Assembly (NCBI GenBank): GCA_963558405.1
Contig: CAUWGC010000008.1
Span: 20,418 to 84,417, forward strand
Direction: 5' to 3'
Length of the DNA stretch: 64,000 bases
Source of the DNA: an uncultured Clostridia bacterium
GTDB lineage: Bacteria; Bacillota; Clostridia; TANB77; CAG-508
The translations under genes were made by a program, and so were the position numbers. Shown piece by piece: positions 21,034-30,855 of this stretch (the stretch's first letter is position 1; every line of letters starts with the position of its first letter). The notes under the pieces are model-generated. The model searched no databases and had not been told where the DNA came from. It saw only the letters and a program-made list of their open reading frames with translations.

Positions 21034-21077
21034 TTACACTTTTGCGTACAAATGATAAAATATAAGCAAGAGTGTAA
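21034..21077. promoter_or_regulatory. Inverted-repeat operator upstream of abiEi (probable autoregulation site)
   Basis: ttacacttttgc ... gcaagagtgtaa (1 mismatch); AbiEi proteins are known to bind promoter inverted repeats. Confidence 0.5.
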
Positions 21078-21087
21078 GAGGTGTAAT

Positions 21088-21663
21088 ATGGAAAAAAAAT
21101 TAATTGAATTTTTAAATGATAATCATGGATATATATCTACAAAAGAATTTGAACAATTAGGAATTTCTAAAAATTTAATCCCAAAATTCATAGAAAAAAA
21201 TATTATTCGTAAAGTATCCTATGGATTATATATAGATGATAATTTAATAGAAGATGAGTACTATATACTTCAAAAAAGAATTTCAAATATTGTATTTTCG
21301 TATAATACAGCTTGTTATCTTTTAGAATTAAGTGATAGGTCGCCATATAGATTAGATGTGACAACAATACGAAATAAACATATTTATGAAGATTTAGAAA
21401 TTCATTATGTAACAAAAGATAAGTTTGAAATAGGAATAAAAGAAATAATAAGTCCGTATGGGAATCCAATAAAAATATATAATGCAGAGCGTTGTATTTG
21501 TGATATACTAAAAAATCCAAATTCAGTTGATTTAGAAGTATATAATAAAATAATAAATAATTATTTTAGAAAAAGAGATAAAGATTTAATTACGTTAGAA
21601 AAATACGCAAAAGAATTAAATATTTCAAAAAAATTAGGACATATAATGGAGGTATTAATCTAG
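21088..21663 (+). CDS. abiEi: AbiEi-type type IV TA antitoxin
   Basis: wHTH N-terminus with RKVSYGLY, YNAERCICD; coupled to a nucleotidyltransferase gene (TAG/GTG overlap). Confidence 0.85.
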   Translation: MEKKLIEFLNDNHGYISTKEFEQLGISKNLIPKFIEKNIIRKVSYGLYIDDNLIEDEYYILQKRISNIVFSYNTACYLLELSDRSPYRLDVTTIRNKHIYEDLEIHYVTKDKFEIGIKEIISPYGNPIKIYNAERCICDILKNPNSVDLEVYNKIINNYFRKRDKDLITLEKYAKELNISKKLGHIMEVLI

Positions 21664-22500
21664 TGATAACATATAAAGAATTAAATATTAAATCCAAAGA
21701 GATTGAAAGAAAAACCGGTTTACAACATCTTGATATTTATAGAAGATTTATGTTTGAAAGAGTCTTAGAAAGGATTTCTATTTCAAATTATAGAAACAAC
21801 TTTATTTTAAAGGGGGGGTTACTACTTTCTGCAATGTTTGGTATTGAAAGTAGAAATACAAGAGATATAGATATCTCAATTAAAGGAATTGATATTTCAA
21901 AAGAAAAAATGATATATATTTTAAATGAAATATTATCAATAGATTTGAAAGATAATATAAAATTTGAACTTGTTAGAATAACGGATATTAGACAAGATGA
22001 TGAATATGGAGGAAATAAATATCATATAGTACGGGAAATTAGAAAATTTAACAGTTCCTTTAGAAATAGACATTTCAACCGGAGATGAAATAACACCAAG
22101 AGAGCTTAAATATGAATATTTTTCATTGTTTGAAGATAAAAAGATATATATTGAGTCATACAATATAGAAACTATTCTGTCAGAAAAAATAGAAACAATT
22201 TTAAGAAGAACACTTTATAATGGAAGAATGAAAGATTTTTATGATATATACATATTTTTAACTAAATTTAGAGATGAAATTAATATAAACGATTTTAAAA
22301 AAGCATTTCAAAAGACTTTGATAAACAGAGAATCATTAGGATATTTAAAAGATTATAATCAAATATTTAATGAAATGCTTGAATATGAAAAGATACAAGA
22401 TACATGGATAAAATATGCACAAAAAAATAAATATGCTGAAGGTATTGAGTTTAAAGAAATAATTAATGTTTTAAGAAAATTTTTAAATAAAATAGTTTAA
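21663..22500 (+). CDS. abiEii: AbiEii nucleotidyltransferase toxin, read through a CGG +1 shift at C22032
   Basis: FILKGG, RNTRDID; the shift gives HIV-GKLENLTVPLEIDISTGDEITP and joins SEKIETIL..RMKDFYDI. Confidence 0.88.
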
Positions 22501-22528
22501 TAATACATAATTAATTTAAGGTAGTAGT

Positions 22529-22702
22529 ATGTCTATAGAAAAACAAAGATTAGATAAAGAAGCTCCAGATAGCATAATGATAAAAAGTAAAAAAGATTTA
22601 AAAGAAAAATTACAAAAAGGAATAGATGATATAAATTCAAATAAATCATATTCACTAGAAGAAGTTTTTGACGAAATAGATATGGTTTATCAAAAAAACT
22701 AG
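22529..22702 (+). CDS. 57-aa antitoxin-like small protein with no cognate toxin nearby
   Basis: Manual translation MSIEKQ...KLQKGIDDINSNKSYSLEEVFDEID resembles type II antitoxin C-termini. Confidence 0.4.
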   Translation: MSIEKQRLDKEAPDSIMIKSKKDLKEKLQKGIDDINSNKSYSLEEVFDEIDMVYQKN

Positions 22703-22842
22703 TATTGACAAAAGACCTAAGTAAATATACAATAAATGCATGATTGCAAAAATTAAAATATCTACTTTTATCCAATGTGTACTGTGTAAATTATATAATG
22801 CAGGGTACAATATTAAAAACAAATTTATTAGGAGGAAAACAG

Positions 22843-22923
22843 ATGAAAAATAAGGTAAAGGAAAAACAAGGTATAACATTAGTTGCACTGGCAATTAGTA
22901 GGAAATGTGTTCGACCTAACTAA
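22843..22923 (+). pseudogene. 5' fragment of a pilin-like gene truncated at the ICE left junction
   Basis: SD aggagg + MKNKVKEKQGITLVALAI, then non-pilin sequence and a stop; DNA similar to 5678-5700. Confidence 0.75.
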
Positions 22924-23097
22924 AGAGCTTGAAACCCACATCAGAGAGCCAAAAAAGAGGAGTGAGTATAGACAAGTAGAGGTCAATGTTTTCCTTAATT
23001 TAGCACAAAAATCCTAAAAATGTTTCAATATAATTGAATTATTTTCAAAAATACTATAATATAATATCAAAGTAAAAAAGTATTGGAGGAAATAAAA

Positions 23098-23244
23098 ATG
23101 AGAGAGAAAAAAATAAAACTTAAATTAGATAAATATGAATTTGATTTAATAATAAGAGCATTAAATGATTTAAGAACACAACAATTAAAAAAAGGCGGAA
23201 CAACAGACCCTATAAATGAGTTATTATTAAAGTTACTTAAATAG
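23098..23244 (+). CDS. 48-aa hypothetical protein, paralog of 46997-47194
   Basis: SD ggagg; LDKYEFDLIIRALNDLRTQQLKKGGTTDPINELLLKL. Confidence 0.6.
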   Translation: MREKKIKLKLDKYEFDLIIRALNDLRTQQLKKGGTTDPINELLLKLLK

Positions 23245-23339
23245 AAAATACATAGATATATGAAAGAGTGAGTTAATTATCATAAAGATTAATTTACTCT
23301 TTTTTTGTATCCAAAAATTATAAAGGAGGAGGAAATATT

Positions 23340-23687
23340 ATGCACAATAATGTTTTACAATTTGATACAGAAGAATTATTTAATTATGAAGAATTACATT
23401 ATTACGATGAAGATGGGCAAAGAGGATTTTTAGCTTATTTAATAAAGACAGAAGAATGGAAAGTAATTGACAATAAAATTGTTTTTATTAATGTTATATC
23501 AGAGAAAGAGGTACACGAATTAATAAAGAAATATGATACCGAAATAATGAAAGAAAATTTAAGAATTAAAAAAGGAGCATTAGAAACAATTTCTATGGTA
23601 GGGCTAATTAAATTTCAAGATATGATAGAAGAAGAAAAACAGAAAATTGAAAAAAGAGAAAAGAAGCAAGATTCATTGCAGAGATAA
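23340..23687 (+). CDS. Hypothetical protein
   Basis: SD aggagg, 115-aa ORF. Confidence 0.7.
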   Translation: MHNNVLQFDTEELFNYEELHYYDEDGQRGFLAYLIKTEEWKVIDNKIVFINVISEKEVHELIKKYDTEIMKENLRIKKGALETISMVGLIKFQDMIEEEKQKIEKREKKQDSLQR

Positions 23688-23776
23688 TTTTAAAAAATGA
23701 ACTGATGTAAAAGTCAGTTTGTTTTTTTACATAGCCATTGAAAAATGGCGAAATTAAAGGAAGGAGGTCAGATTAA

Positions 23777-24601
23777 ATGTCAAAGTGTAAAGTAATAGCA
23801 ATAGCTAATCAAAAGGGTGGAGTTGGAAAAACGACTACAACAGTTAATTTAGGAGCAGGATTAGCGAAGAATGGTAAAAAGGTATTATTGATTGATACAG
23901 ATCCTCAAGGAAATTTAGCTATTTCTCTAGGATTTAGAAATCCAGATGATATAGACATAACCATAAAAACTTTGATGGAAAAAACTTTGTGTGAAATACC
24001 AATAGAAAAGAATGAAGGAATTTTAAAAAGTAGTGAAGGATTAGATATAATACCAGCAAATATTGAATTAGAGGCACTTGAAGTTGAACTAACATCAAAG
24101 ATAAATAGAGAATATATTTTGTCAGAATATATAAAGAAAATAAAAGATAATTATGACTATATACTAATTGATTGTAAGCCATCTTTAGGATTATTATCAA
24201 TAAATGCACTAGCCTCAGCAGATAGTGTAATTATCCCAGTACAAACTCAATATTTATCTTTAAAAGGAATGACACAGTTAATTCAAACGATAAATAAAAT
24301 TAAGGCAGTAATAAATCCTAGATTAAAAATAGACGGAGTTGTCTTAACACTAGCAGATATGCAAACAAGATTAGCAAAAGCAACTGTAAATAAATTAAAA
24401 GAAAATTATGGAAGTGTGCTGAAAATTTATGACACTATAATTCCAAGAAGTGTAAAGATAGCCGAATGTAGTACAGTTGGTAAAAGCATTTATACTTATG
24501 ACAAATCAAGTAAACAAGCAGAAATATATGAAAAATTAACGGAGGAGGTGTTAAGAGATAGCGAAAGAATTAGAAATAACAGATATGCCGAGTGCAGATA
24601 G
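23777..24601 (+). CDS. parA: ParA/Soj family ATPase
   Basis: NQKGGVGKTTT, IDTDPQGN, LIDCKPSLG, IPRSVKIAE. Confidence 0.93.
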   Translation: MSKCKVIAIANQKGGVGKTTTTVNLGAGLAKNGKKVLLIDTDPQGNLAISLGFRNPDDIDITIKTLMEKTLCEIPIEKNEGILKSSEGLDIIPANIELEALEVELTSKINREYILSEYIKKIKDNYDYILIDCKPSLGLLSINALASADSVIIPVQTQYLSLKGMTQLIQTINKIKAVINPRLKIDGVVLTLADMQTRLAKATVNKLKENYGSVLKIYDTIIPRSVKIAECSTVGKSIYTYDKSSKQAEIYEKLTEEVLRDSERIRNNRYAECR

Positions 24602-25481
24602 TTTATTTAAACTTAGTACAAATAAGGGAAAAGGAGAAACTGTTGTTATACTACCACCAAATAAAATCTCTAGCTTTCCAAACCACCCTTTTCAAATTAG
24701 AGATGATGAAAAAATGGTGGAAATGGTTGCTAGTGTAAAGAAATACGGAGTGTTAATACCAGCTATTGTAAGAAAAAAGGAAGATGGCGAATATGAAATG
24801 GTAGCAGGGCATAAAAGACAAAGAGCTTCTGTAATAGCAGAGAAAGACGGAATGCCTTGTATAATTAGAGATTTAACAGATGAAGAAGCAACAATATTAA
24901 TGGTAGATAGTAATATTCAAAGAGAAGATATATTACCAAGCGAGCGAGCCTTTGCTTATAAAATGAAATTAGAGGCAATAAAAAGACAAGGAAAAAGAAT
25001 TGATTTAACTTCTACACCATCGGAGGAGAAGTTATCAGTAGAAATAATAGCAGAAGAATTTGGGCAAAGTAGAGAACAAGTTAGAAGATTTGTAAGACTT
25101 ACTGAACTAAACAAACAATTATTAAGAATGGTAGATGAAAAGAAAATTGCACTCAGACCAGCGGTGGAAATATCATATCTTACTCAAGATGAACAATACT
25201 TGTTATTAGATTCTATACAATCTAATGAGGCTACACCATCTGAAGTGCAAGCAAAAGAAATGAGAAGATTAAGTCAAGAGGGAAAATTAACAGCAGATAA
25301 AATTGATGAGATAATACAAGAAGAAAAACCAAATCAGAAACCCAAATATAAAATAAATTATGATAGGTTTGAGAAATATCTTCCAAGAGATATTGTAACA
25401 GTAAAAGAAGTTGAAGACTTTTTATTTAATTGTGTAGAAGAACACTATAAAAGGCAAAAACAAAGAGCAATGGCAAGATAA
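24558..25481 (+). CDS. parB: ParB-like partition protein (probable ATA start 24558; first ATG 24585)
   Basis: NHPFQIRDD, GVLIPAIVR, AGHKRQRA, VDSNIQRE..PSERAFAY; GGAGGTG 7 nt before ATA. Confidence 0.9.
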   Translation: MAKELEITDMPSADSLFKLSTNKGKGETVVILPPNKISSFPNHPFQIRDDEKMVEMVASVKKYGVLIPAIVRKKEDGEYEMVAGHKRQRASVIAEKDGMPCIIRDLTDEEATILMVDSNIQREDILPSERAFAYKMKLEAIKRQGKRIDLTSTPSEEKLSVEIIAEEFGQSREQVRRFVRLTELNKQLLRMVDEKKIALRPAVEISYLTQDEQYLLLDSIQSNEATPSEVQAKEMRRLSQEGKLTADKIDEIIQEEKPNQKPKYKINYDRFEKYLPRDIVTVKEVEDFLFNCVEEHYKRQKQRAMAR

Positions 25482-25603
25482 AAACATAATTTCAATAAGA
25501 TAAAAATTATATTGGCTAAAAAAGAATGAAAAAATTTAATTTACACATTTGAAAATAATATGAGATAGATGTAAAATGTAAGCAATAAGGGAGTGATGTC
25601 ATA

Positions 25604-26275
25604 ATGAAAAAGAAACATATTTTAATTATAGTTATTGTAATTTTAGTAATATTTATTATTTTTAATTGTGGGTTATATTTTTATTTAAACAATATAAAAA
25701 AATCTAATGAAAGTGATAGTTTAGCAGTTACAAGTACCGAAGAATTAGAAGAAAATGAAATACAAGAGGAACAAGAAACTGAAGATATAATAGATGATGA
25801 TTTAACTAATAATATAGAAGAAAATGAGCAAGGTGAAATTTCAGAAAATGAACAATCACAAGAAACTCAAACTACTACAACTAATGAAAAAACTCAAGTA
25901 ACAAGTTCAACTAATTCTAGTAGTTCAAGTAATAATAAAAAATCAAATTCATCAGAAACTAAAGCGACAACACAACAGTCAGAACAAACTACTGTTAGTT
26001 CAAATGAAAATAATAAGCAAACAAACGAGAGTAAAAATAGTGAACAAAATACACAAATAACTCAAAATACCACAAAACAAGAAGATACAACAAGCATTTA
26101 TTGTGTAGATGGAGGAAAAATACATCTTGCAGGAGATGGTGCAGATGAACACGGATATTATAATAGCTTTGAACAAGCCGATGAAAAAGCAAAAGAATAT
26201 ATGAAAGAATACGATTTATTTCATTACAAAGTAAGTCAATGTCCTTGTGGATTATATTATTTCCAAGCAAGATAA
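25604..26275 (+). CDS. Membrane-anchored low-complexity protein with a small Cys-containing C-terminal domain
   Basis: N-terminal TM, E/T/S/N-rich linker, C..H..H..CPCG. Confidence 0.7.
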   Translation: MKKKHILIIVIVILVIFIIFNCGLYFYLNNIKKSNESDSLAVTSTEELEENEIQEEQETEDIIDDDLTNNIEENEQGEISENEQSQETQTTTTNEKTQVTSSTNSSSSSNNKKSNSSETKATTQQSEQTTVSSNENNKQTNESKNSEQNTQITQNTTKQEDTTSIYCVDGGKIHLAGDGADEHGYYNSFEQADEKAKEYMKEYDLFHYKVSQCPCGLYYFQAR

Positions 26276-26336
26276 TTAAATAAATCTAATTAAAGAGCTT
26301 TTTGGCTCTTTTTTTAGTGCAAATAAAAATGAAAGG

Positions 26337-29300
26337 ATGGATAAAATGAAAAATAAAACAAAAAAATTTATGGCAATGTTATTACTCGTTTTAACATTAT
26401 GTAGTTCATTGCCACTTAATAGTTTTGCAACATTTATAACAAATATAAATAGTAATGCAACATTTGGAGTGATAAGCGGAAGTTTAAACTCCTATGGACA
26501 CGAATTGCATTATGCAAATTATGATGGAACAAATTATATAACTTTTTGTACTCAATATGGACAAACATCTCCAACTGGAAAAGAATATACCTATAATGGA
26601 GATTTTTTAGCACAATATAAAAATGATAGACCACAATATGAAAAAATAGCAGAAATGATTTATTTTGGTTATGCTATGAATTATGGAATGGGATTACCAT
26701 CAAGCACAGAAGCTAAGAGAGCAGCGTGTGCAACACAACAATATGTGTGGGAGTATATTCACAATTATATTGACGGAAGTGCAAAAGTTCCAAGTAGAGA
26801 TTCTTGGAATAGTAATTATATGTCATCTTCAATATATTCAAACTGGCTTGCTCAAACAGAAAATTATTATAATCAATATTATAAAGATGTTTCATTTAAC
26901 AAAACAAATAATAAAATAGTTATTGGAGAGGCAACAACATTAACAGATACAAATGGAGTATTACAACATTATGCGTCATTTAATAAAACTATAAATGGAG
27001 TAAATTTTTCGCACGATAGTGGAAGTAATGATTTAAGAATTACAACATCTAGTGAAAGTTCTGAAAAAGTAACTTTTGATTCAAGTGATTATGGACTATA
27101 TGAATTAATGCCTAATGGATCAGAATATGTAAGCTCTAATATGTCAAACTATGTATATTTTAAATTTACATCTGGAGCAATACAAGATTTAATTTTTTCA
27201 AACTATGTAGACCCATCAAGGTTTGTAGTTTCAGTAGAAGTTGAAAGTGGAAATGTATTGATAATAAAAACAAATACGACAGGAGATGCAGTTGCTGGGT
27301 GTACCTTTGATTTATATAAGGATGCAAAATGCACACAAAAAATAGGTAGTGGAACAACTGATGCAAATGGTCAATTAAAATTTGAAAAACTTGCAACTGG
27401 AACAGTTTATTGCAAGGAAACATCAGTACCAACAGGGTATTTACTAGATACGAGTATTCAAAAAACAGTAGTAAAAAATGGAGAAACGGCAGAAGTAACA
27501 TTTAAAAACAACGAACCAACTGGAGAAATAACAATTACAAAAACAGATAAGGAAACAGGAAATTCAAACAGAGTAGATGGAACAAGTCATCACGGAGATG
27601 CTTCAATAAAAGGAGCAGTATATACTTTATATGCAGATAAAGACATTTATAATGTAAGTAAAAGTGTAAAATATTTCTCAAAAGATGAAGAAGTAGCAAC
27701 ATTTACTTTTAATGAATATGGAAATGCAACAATAAATATTACAAACAAAAATACAAAAGCTAATTTAAGTGTTAGTGGAAATACAATAAAAGGATTACCA
27801 ATGGGAAGTTTTTATAGTTTAGAAACATCAGTGCCAGATGGATATACAAAAGATACTAATAAATACACATATACTTTAAATTATAAAGATATGAATACAC
27901 CAGTTATAAAAACAAGTGGAGTTGTAGAGAATACGGTACAAAAAGCAAAATTTGAAGTAATAAAAATTTCTTCAAATACAAATACAACAGCACCTGTAAT
28001 TGAGGGAGCAGAATTTACAGCTATATTAACAAAATATGTAGATTATTATGGAAGTTTTGATGAGGCTTTAAAACATTTAGATGAATATGCAGAAGATGAA
28101 TATTCAGTTTTTAAAACAGGTAGTGATGGACACGGTGTTTCTGGACTACTTGCTTATGGAGAATATACTGTATATGAAACATATACACCTTCAGATGAAA
28201 TAAATACAGTAGTTCCATTCTATATTAAGATAGATAAAAATAGTGATGGAGTAATAAAAGAATTTATAGAAAATGACACACCATTTCCAAGTTATTTAAA
28301 AATGGTTAAAATTGATAAGAAAACAGGCAAAAAAGTTACATTTTCAAATGCTACATTTTCTTTATATAAATTAAATAGTGAAACAAATGAATGGGAGAAA
28401 GTAAAATGTAAAACAGGAAAAGAAACGGTTGATAAATGGACAACAGATGAAAGTGGCATAGCATATACCGAAACAAAGCTAACTGCTGGAAAATACAAAT
28501 TAGAGGAAATATCAATACCAAATGGTTTCTTACAACTTGATGAAGATGTTATCTTTGAAATAAATAAAAGTAATAAAACACTTGAATTTGATGAAGATTA
28601 CGACGCATATATTACAGTAACTGTTGGAAATGAACAGCCTACTGGAACACTTGTAATTGATAAATCAGTTGCGATAAGAGATGATATTAATACTTCATTA
28701 GTTGATATATCTGATTTAAGTGGAATTGAGTTTAAATTAACTGCAAAAGAAGATATTTTAGATATGTCAGATGGTAGTATAATTTATAAAAAAGGTCAAG
28801 AAGTTGGAACTTATAATTTAGATAAAGATGGAAATTTAACAATAGATAGTTTACCAATGGGAAAATACGAATTATTAGAAACTGCAACAATAGATGGAGT
28901 TGTTTTAAATTCTGAAAAGTATGATATTGAATTTACTCAAGAAGACACATTTACAAAAGTTTATACAAATAAAGAAGAAATTATAAATGATACAACTTGC
29001 GTAGAATTTTCTAAAACAGATATAACAGGAGATACAGAATTAGTTGGAGCAACATTAACAGTAACAGATAAAGATGGAAATGTTATTGATAAATGGATTT
29101 CTGGAGATAAAACTCACAAAATTGAGGGATTAAAAGTAGGCGAAACTTATACACTAAAAGAAGAAATACAAGTTGAAGATTATGTAAAAGCAACAGATAT
29201 TGAATTTACTGTAAAAAATACTAAAGAAATTCAAAAAGTTACAATGGTAGATAAAGTAGTAGATATGTCTAAAGTAGATATTGGTGGGAATGAAATTGAG

Positions 29301-30224
29301 GGAGCAACTATTCAAGTTATAGATAAAGACAACAATGTAATAGATGAATGGATTTCTGGAAAAGAGCCTCATAAAATAAAAAATTTAGTTGAGGGAGAAA
29401 CTTATACTTTACACGAAGAAATAACAGTAGATTCCTTTGTAAAAGCAACAGATATGGAATTTACAGTAACTTATGAAAAAGAAACGCAACATCTTGAAAT
29501 GATAGATAAAATTGTTGAAATTGTAAAAACAGACCTAGTGACAGGAGATGAAATTGAGGGAGCAGAGTTACAAGTAGTAGATGAAAATGGAAATATAGTA
29601 GATGAATGGACATCAACAAAAGAACCTCATAAAGTAGTTGGGTTAGAAGAAGGAAAAACATATACTTTAATTGAGAAAACTTGCCCTTATGGATATGAAC
29701 AAGCAGAAGAAATAGAATTTACTGTTACAAAGAATAAAGAAACTCAAAAAGTTGAAATGAAAGATATGCCTATCTTAACAGATATAAGAGTTATTAAAAT
29801 AGATAGTGCAACACACGAAACTATAAAAGACAAGTTTACCTTTGGAATTTATACAGATGAAGAATGCACTAAACTAATACAACAAGTTGATGCAGATACC
29901 GAAGATGGATATGTAGATTTCAAAGATTTAAGATATGGAATTTTCTATATAAAAGAATTATCATCTCCTAAAGATTATCAATTATCAGATAAAATTGTAA
30001 AAGTTGAGATAAATGATAAAGGAGTATTTGTTGATAATGAACAAATAGAAAAAGATGAAAATGATATTTATAGCTTTGAATTTGAAAATGTCAAAATAGA
30101 AACACCAAACACAGGAGATAACAGCAATATGAATTTATGGATTGCATTACTTGCAATGTCAGCAGTTTCTCTTATAGGAATTGGTGCTTATGAATATAAA
30201 AAGAGAAAAATAGTAAAAAAATAG
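26337..30224 (+). CDS. SpaA/Cna-B repeat cell-wall adhesin with sorting signal
   Basis: Signal peptide, repeated K.D..G..I.GA...Y.L.E modules, TPNTGD + TM + KKRKIVKK. Confidence 0.9.
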   Translation: MDKMKNKTKKFMAMLLLVLTLCSSLPLNSFATFITNINSNATFGVISGSLNSYGHELHYANYDGTNYITFCTQYGQTSPTGKEYTYNGDFLAQYKNDRPQYEKIAEMIYFGYAMNYGMGLPSSTEAKRAACATQQYVWEYIHNYIDGSAKVPSRDSWNSNYMSSSIYSNWLAQTENYYNQYYKDVSFNKTNNKIVIGEATTLTDTNGVLQHYASFNKTINGVNFSHDSGSNDLRITTSSESSEKVTFDSSDYGLYELMPNGSEYVSSNMSNYVYFKFTSGAIQDLIFSNYVDPSRFVVSVEVESGNVLIIKTNTTGDAVAGCTFDLYKDAKCTQKIGSGTTDANGQLKFEKLATGTVYCKETSVPTGYLLDTSIQKTVVKNGETAEVTFKNNEPTGEITITKTDKETGNSNRVDGTSHHGDASIKGAVYTLYADKDIYNVSKSVKYFSKDEEVATFTFNEYGNATINITNKNTKANLSVSGNTIKGLPMGSFYSLETSVPDGYTKDTNKYTYTLNYKDMNTPVIKTSGVVENTVQKAKFEVIKISSNTNTTAPVIEGAEFTAILTKYVDYYGSFDEALKHLDEYAEDEYSVFKTGSDGHGVSGLLAYGEYTVYETYTPSDEINTVVPFYIKIDKNSDGVIKEFIENDTPFPSYLKMVKIDKKTGKKVTFSNATFSLYKLNSETNEWEKVKCKTGKETVDKWTTDESGIAYTETKLTAGKYKLEEISIPNGFLQLDEDVIFEINKSNKTLEFDEDYDAYITVTVGNEQPTGTLVIDKSVAIRDDINTSLVDISDLSGIEFKLTAKEDILDMSDGSIIYKKGQEVGTYNLDKDGNLTIDSLPMGKYELLETATIDGVVLNSEKYDIEFTQEDTFTKVYTNKEEIINDTTCVEFSKTDITGDTELVGATLTVTDKDGNVIDKWISGDKTHKIEGLKVGETYTLKEEIQVEDYVKATDIEFTVKNTKEIQKVTMVDKVVDMSKVDIGGNEIEGATIQVIDKDNNVIDEWISGKEPHKIKNLVEGETYTLHEEITVDSFVKATDMEFTVTYEKETQHLEMIDKIVEIVKTDLVTGDEIEGAELQVVDENGNIVDEWTSTKEPHKVVGLEEGKTYTLIEKTCPYGYEQAEEIEFTVTKNKETQKVEMKDMPILTDIRVIKIDSATHETIKDKFTFGIYTDEECTKLIQQVDADTEDGYVDFKDLRYGIFYIKELSSPKDYQLSDKIVKVEINDKGVFVDNEQIEKDENDIYSFEFENVKIETPNTGDNSNMNLWIALLAMSAVSLIGIGAYEYKKRKIVKK

Positions 30225-30246
30225 AAGTAAATAGTTAAGTATTCAA

Positions 30247-30269
30247 GGTAGCCGAAAAGCTACCTTTTT
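30247..30269 (+). terminator. Intrinsic terminator
   Basis: aggtagc-cgaaaa-gctacct followed by T run. Confidence 0.7.
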
Positions 30270-30293
30270 ACTGGCTAAAAGAAAGAGGTAGAA

Positions 30294-30530
30294 ATGCAAA
30301 AATATACACTTAGTCAAACATTAAAGACATTAGATAAATTATTTCAAAAAGAAATAACAACAACAAAGCAATTTAAAACCTTAAAATGGGACAATTTAGA
30401 TAAAATTGATAAGGACTTAACACCAGTAGAAAAGAGCTTTATTATGGATTTTAGAGATGCTGTAATAAAGAAAAAAGTAATAGAATTTTTAGCTGGAAAA
30501 GATATAGACGAGGAGAGTGAAAATAAATAA
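30294..30530 (+). CDS. Hypothetical protein
   Basis: SD gaggt, 78-aa ORF coupled to the next gene. Confidence 0.65.
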   Translation: MQKYTLSQTLKTLDKLFQKEITTTKQFKTLKWDNLDKIDKDLTPVEKSFIMDFRDAVIKKKVIEFLAGKDIDEESENK

Positions 30531-30838
30531 TGATAGAACACTACAAGAAACCATCAGTTAAATTTATAGTAAATAAAGGGAATTTTAATAAATTAATGAC
30601 AGTATTATCATTTCAAGAAGAAAATATTGTAACAGAAGATTGGAAAGAAAAAGTAACTAATTTAAAAGATTTATTATTAAGGTATTCAATACCACAAAAA
30701 GATGAAGATGGAGATGTAGCAATTATAGATATTGGACTATATCCAAAGGAAGCATCAGAATTAATTGTTTTATTACTTTCAGCTTTTCAAGCTTTAGAGG
30801 TAGATAGAGATTATACGCTATTAATGAAAAGAAAATAA
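30530..30838 (+). CDS. Hypothetical protein
   Basis: 102-aa ORF, TAATG coupling. Confidence 0.65.
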   Translation: MIEHYKKPSVKFIVNKGNFNKLMTVLSFQEENIVTEDWKEKVTNLKDLLLRYSIPQKDEDGDVAIIDIGLYPKEASELIVLLLSAFQALEVDRDYTLLMKRK

Positions 30839-30855
30839 TATAAGGGAGGAACAAG

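Noticed and set aside
28990-29770. Three ~260-bp repeats in the adhesin as a possible DGR or CRISPR signal
   Set aside because: They are in-frame Cna-B/SpaA domain repeats without adenine-specific mismatches or spacers.
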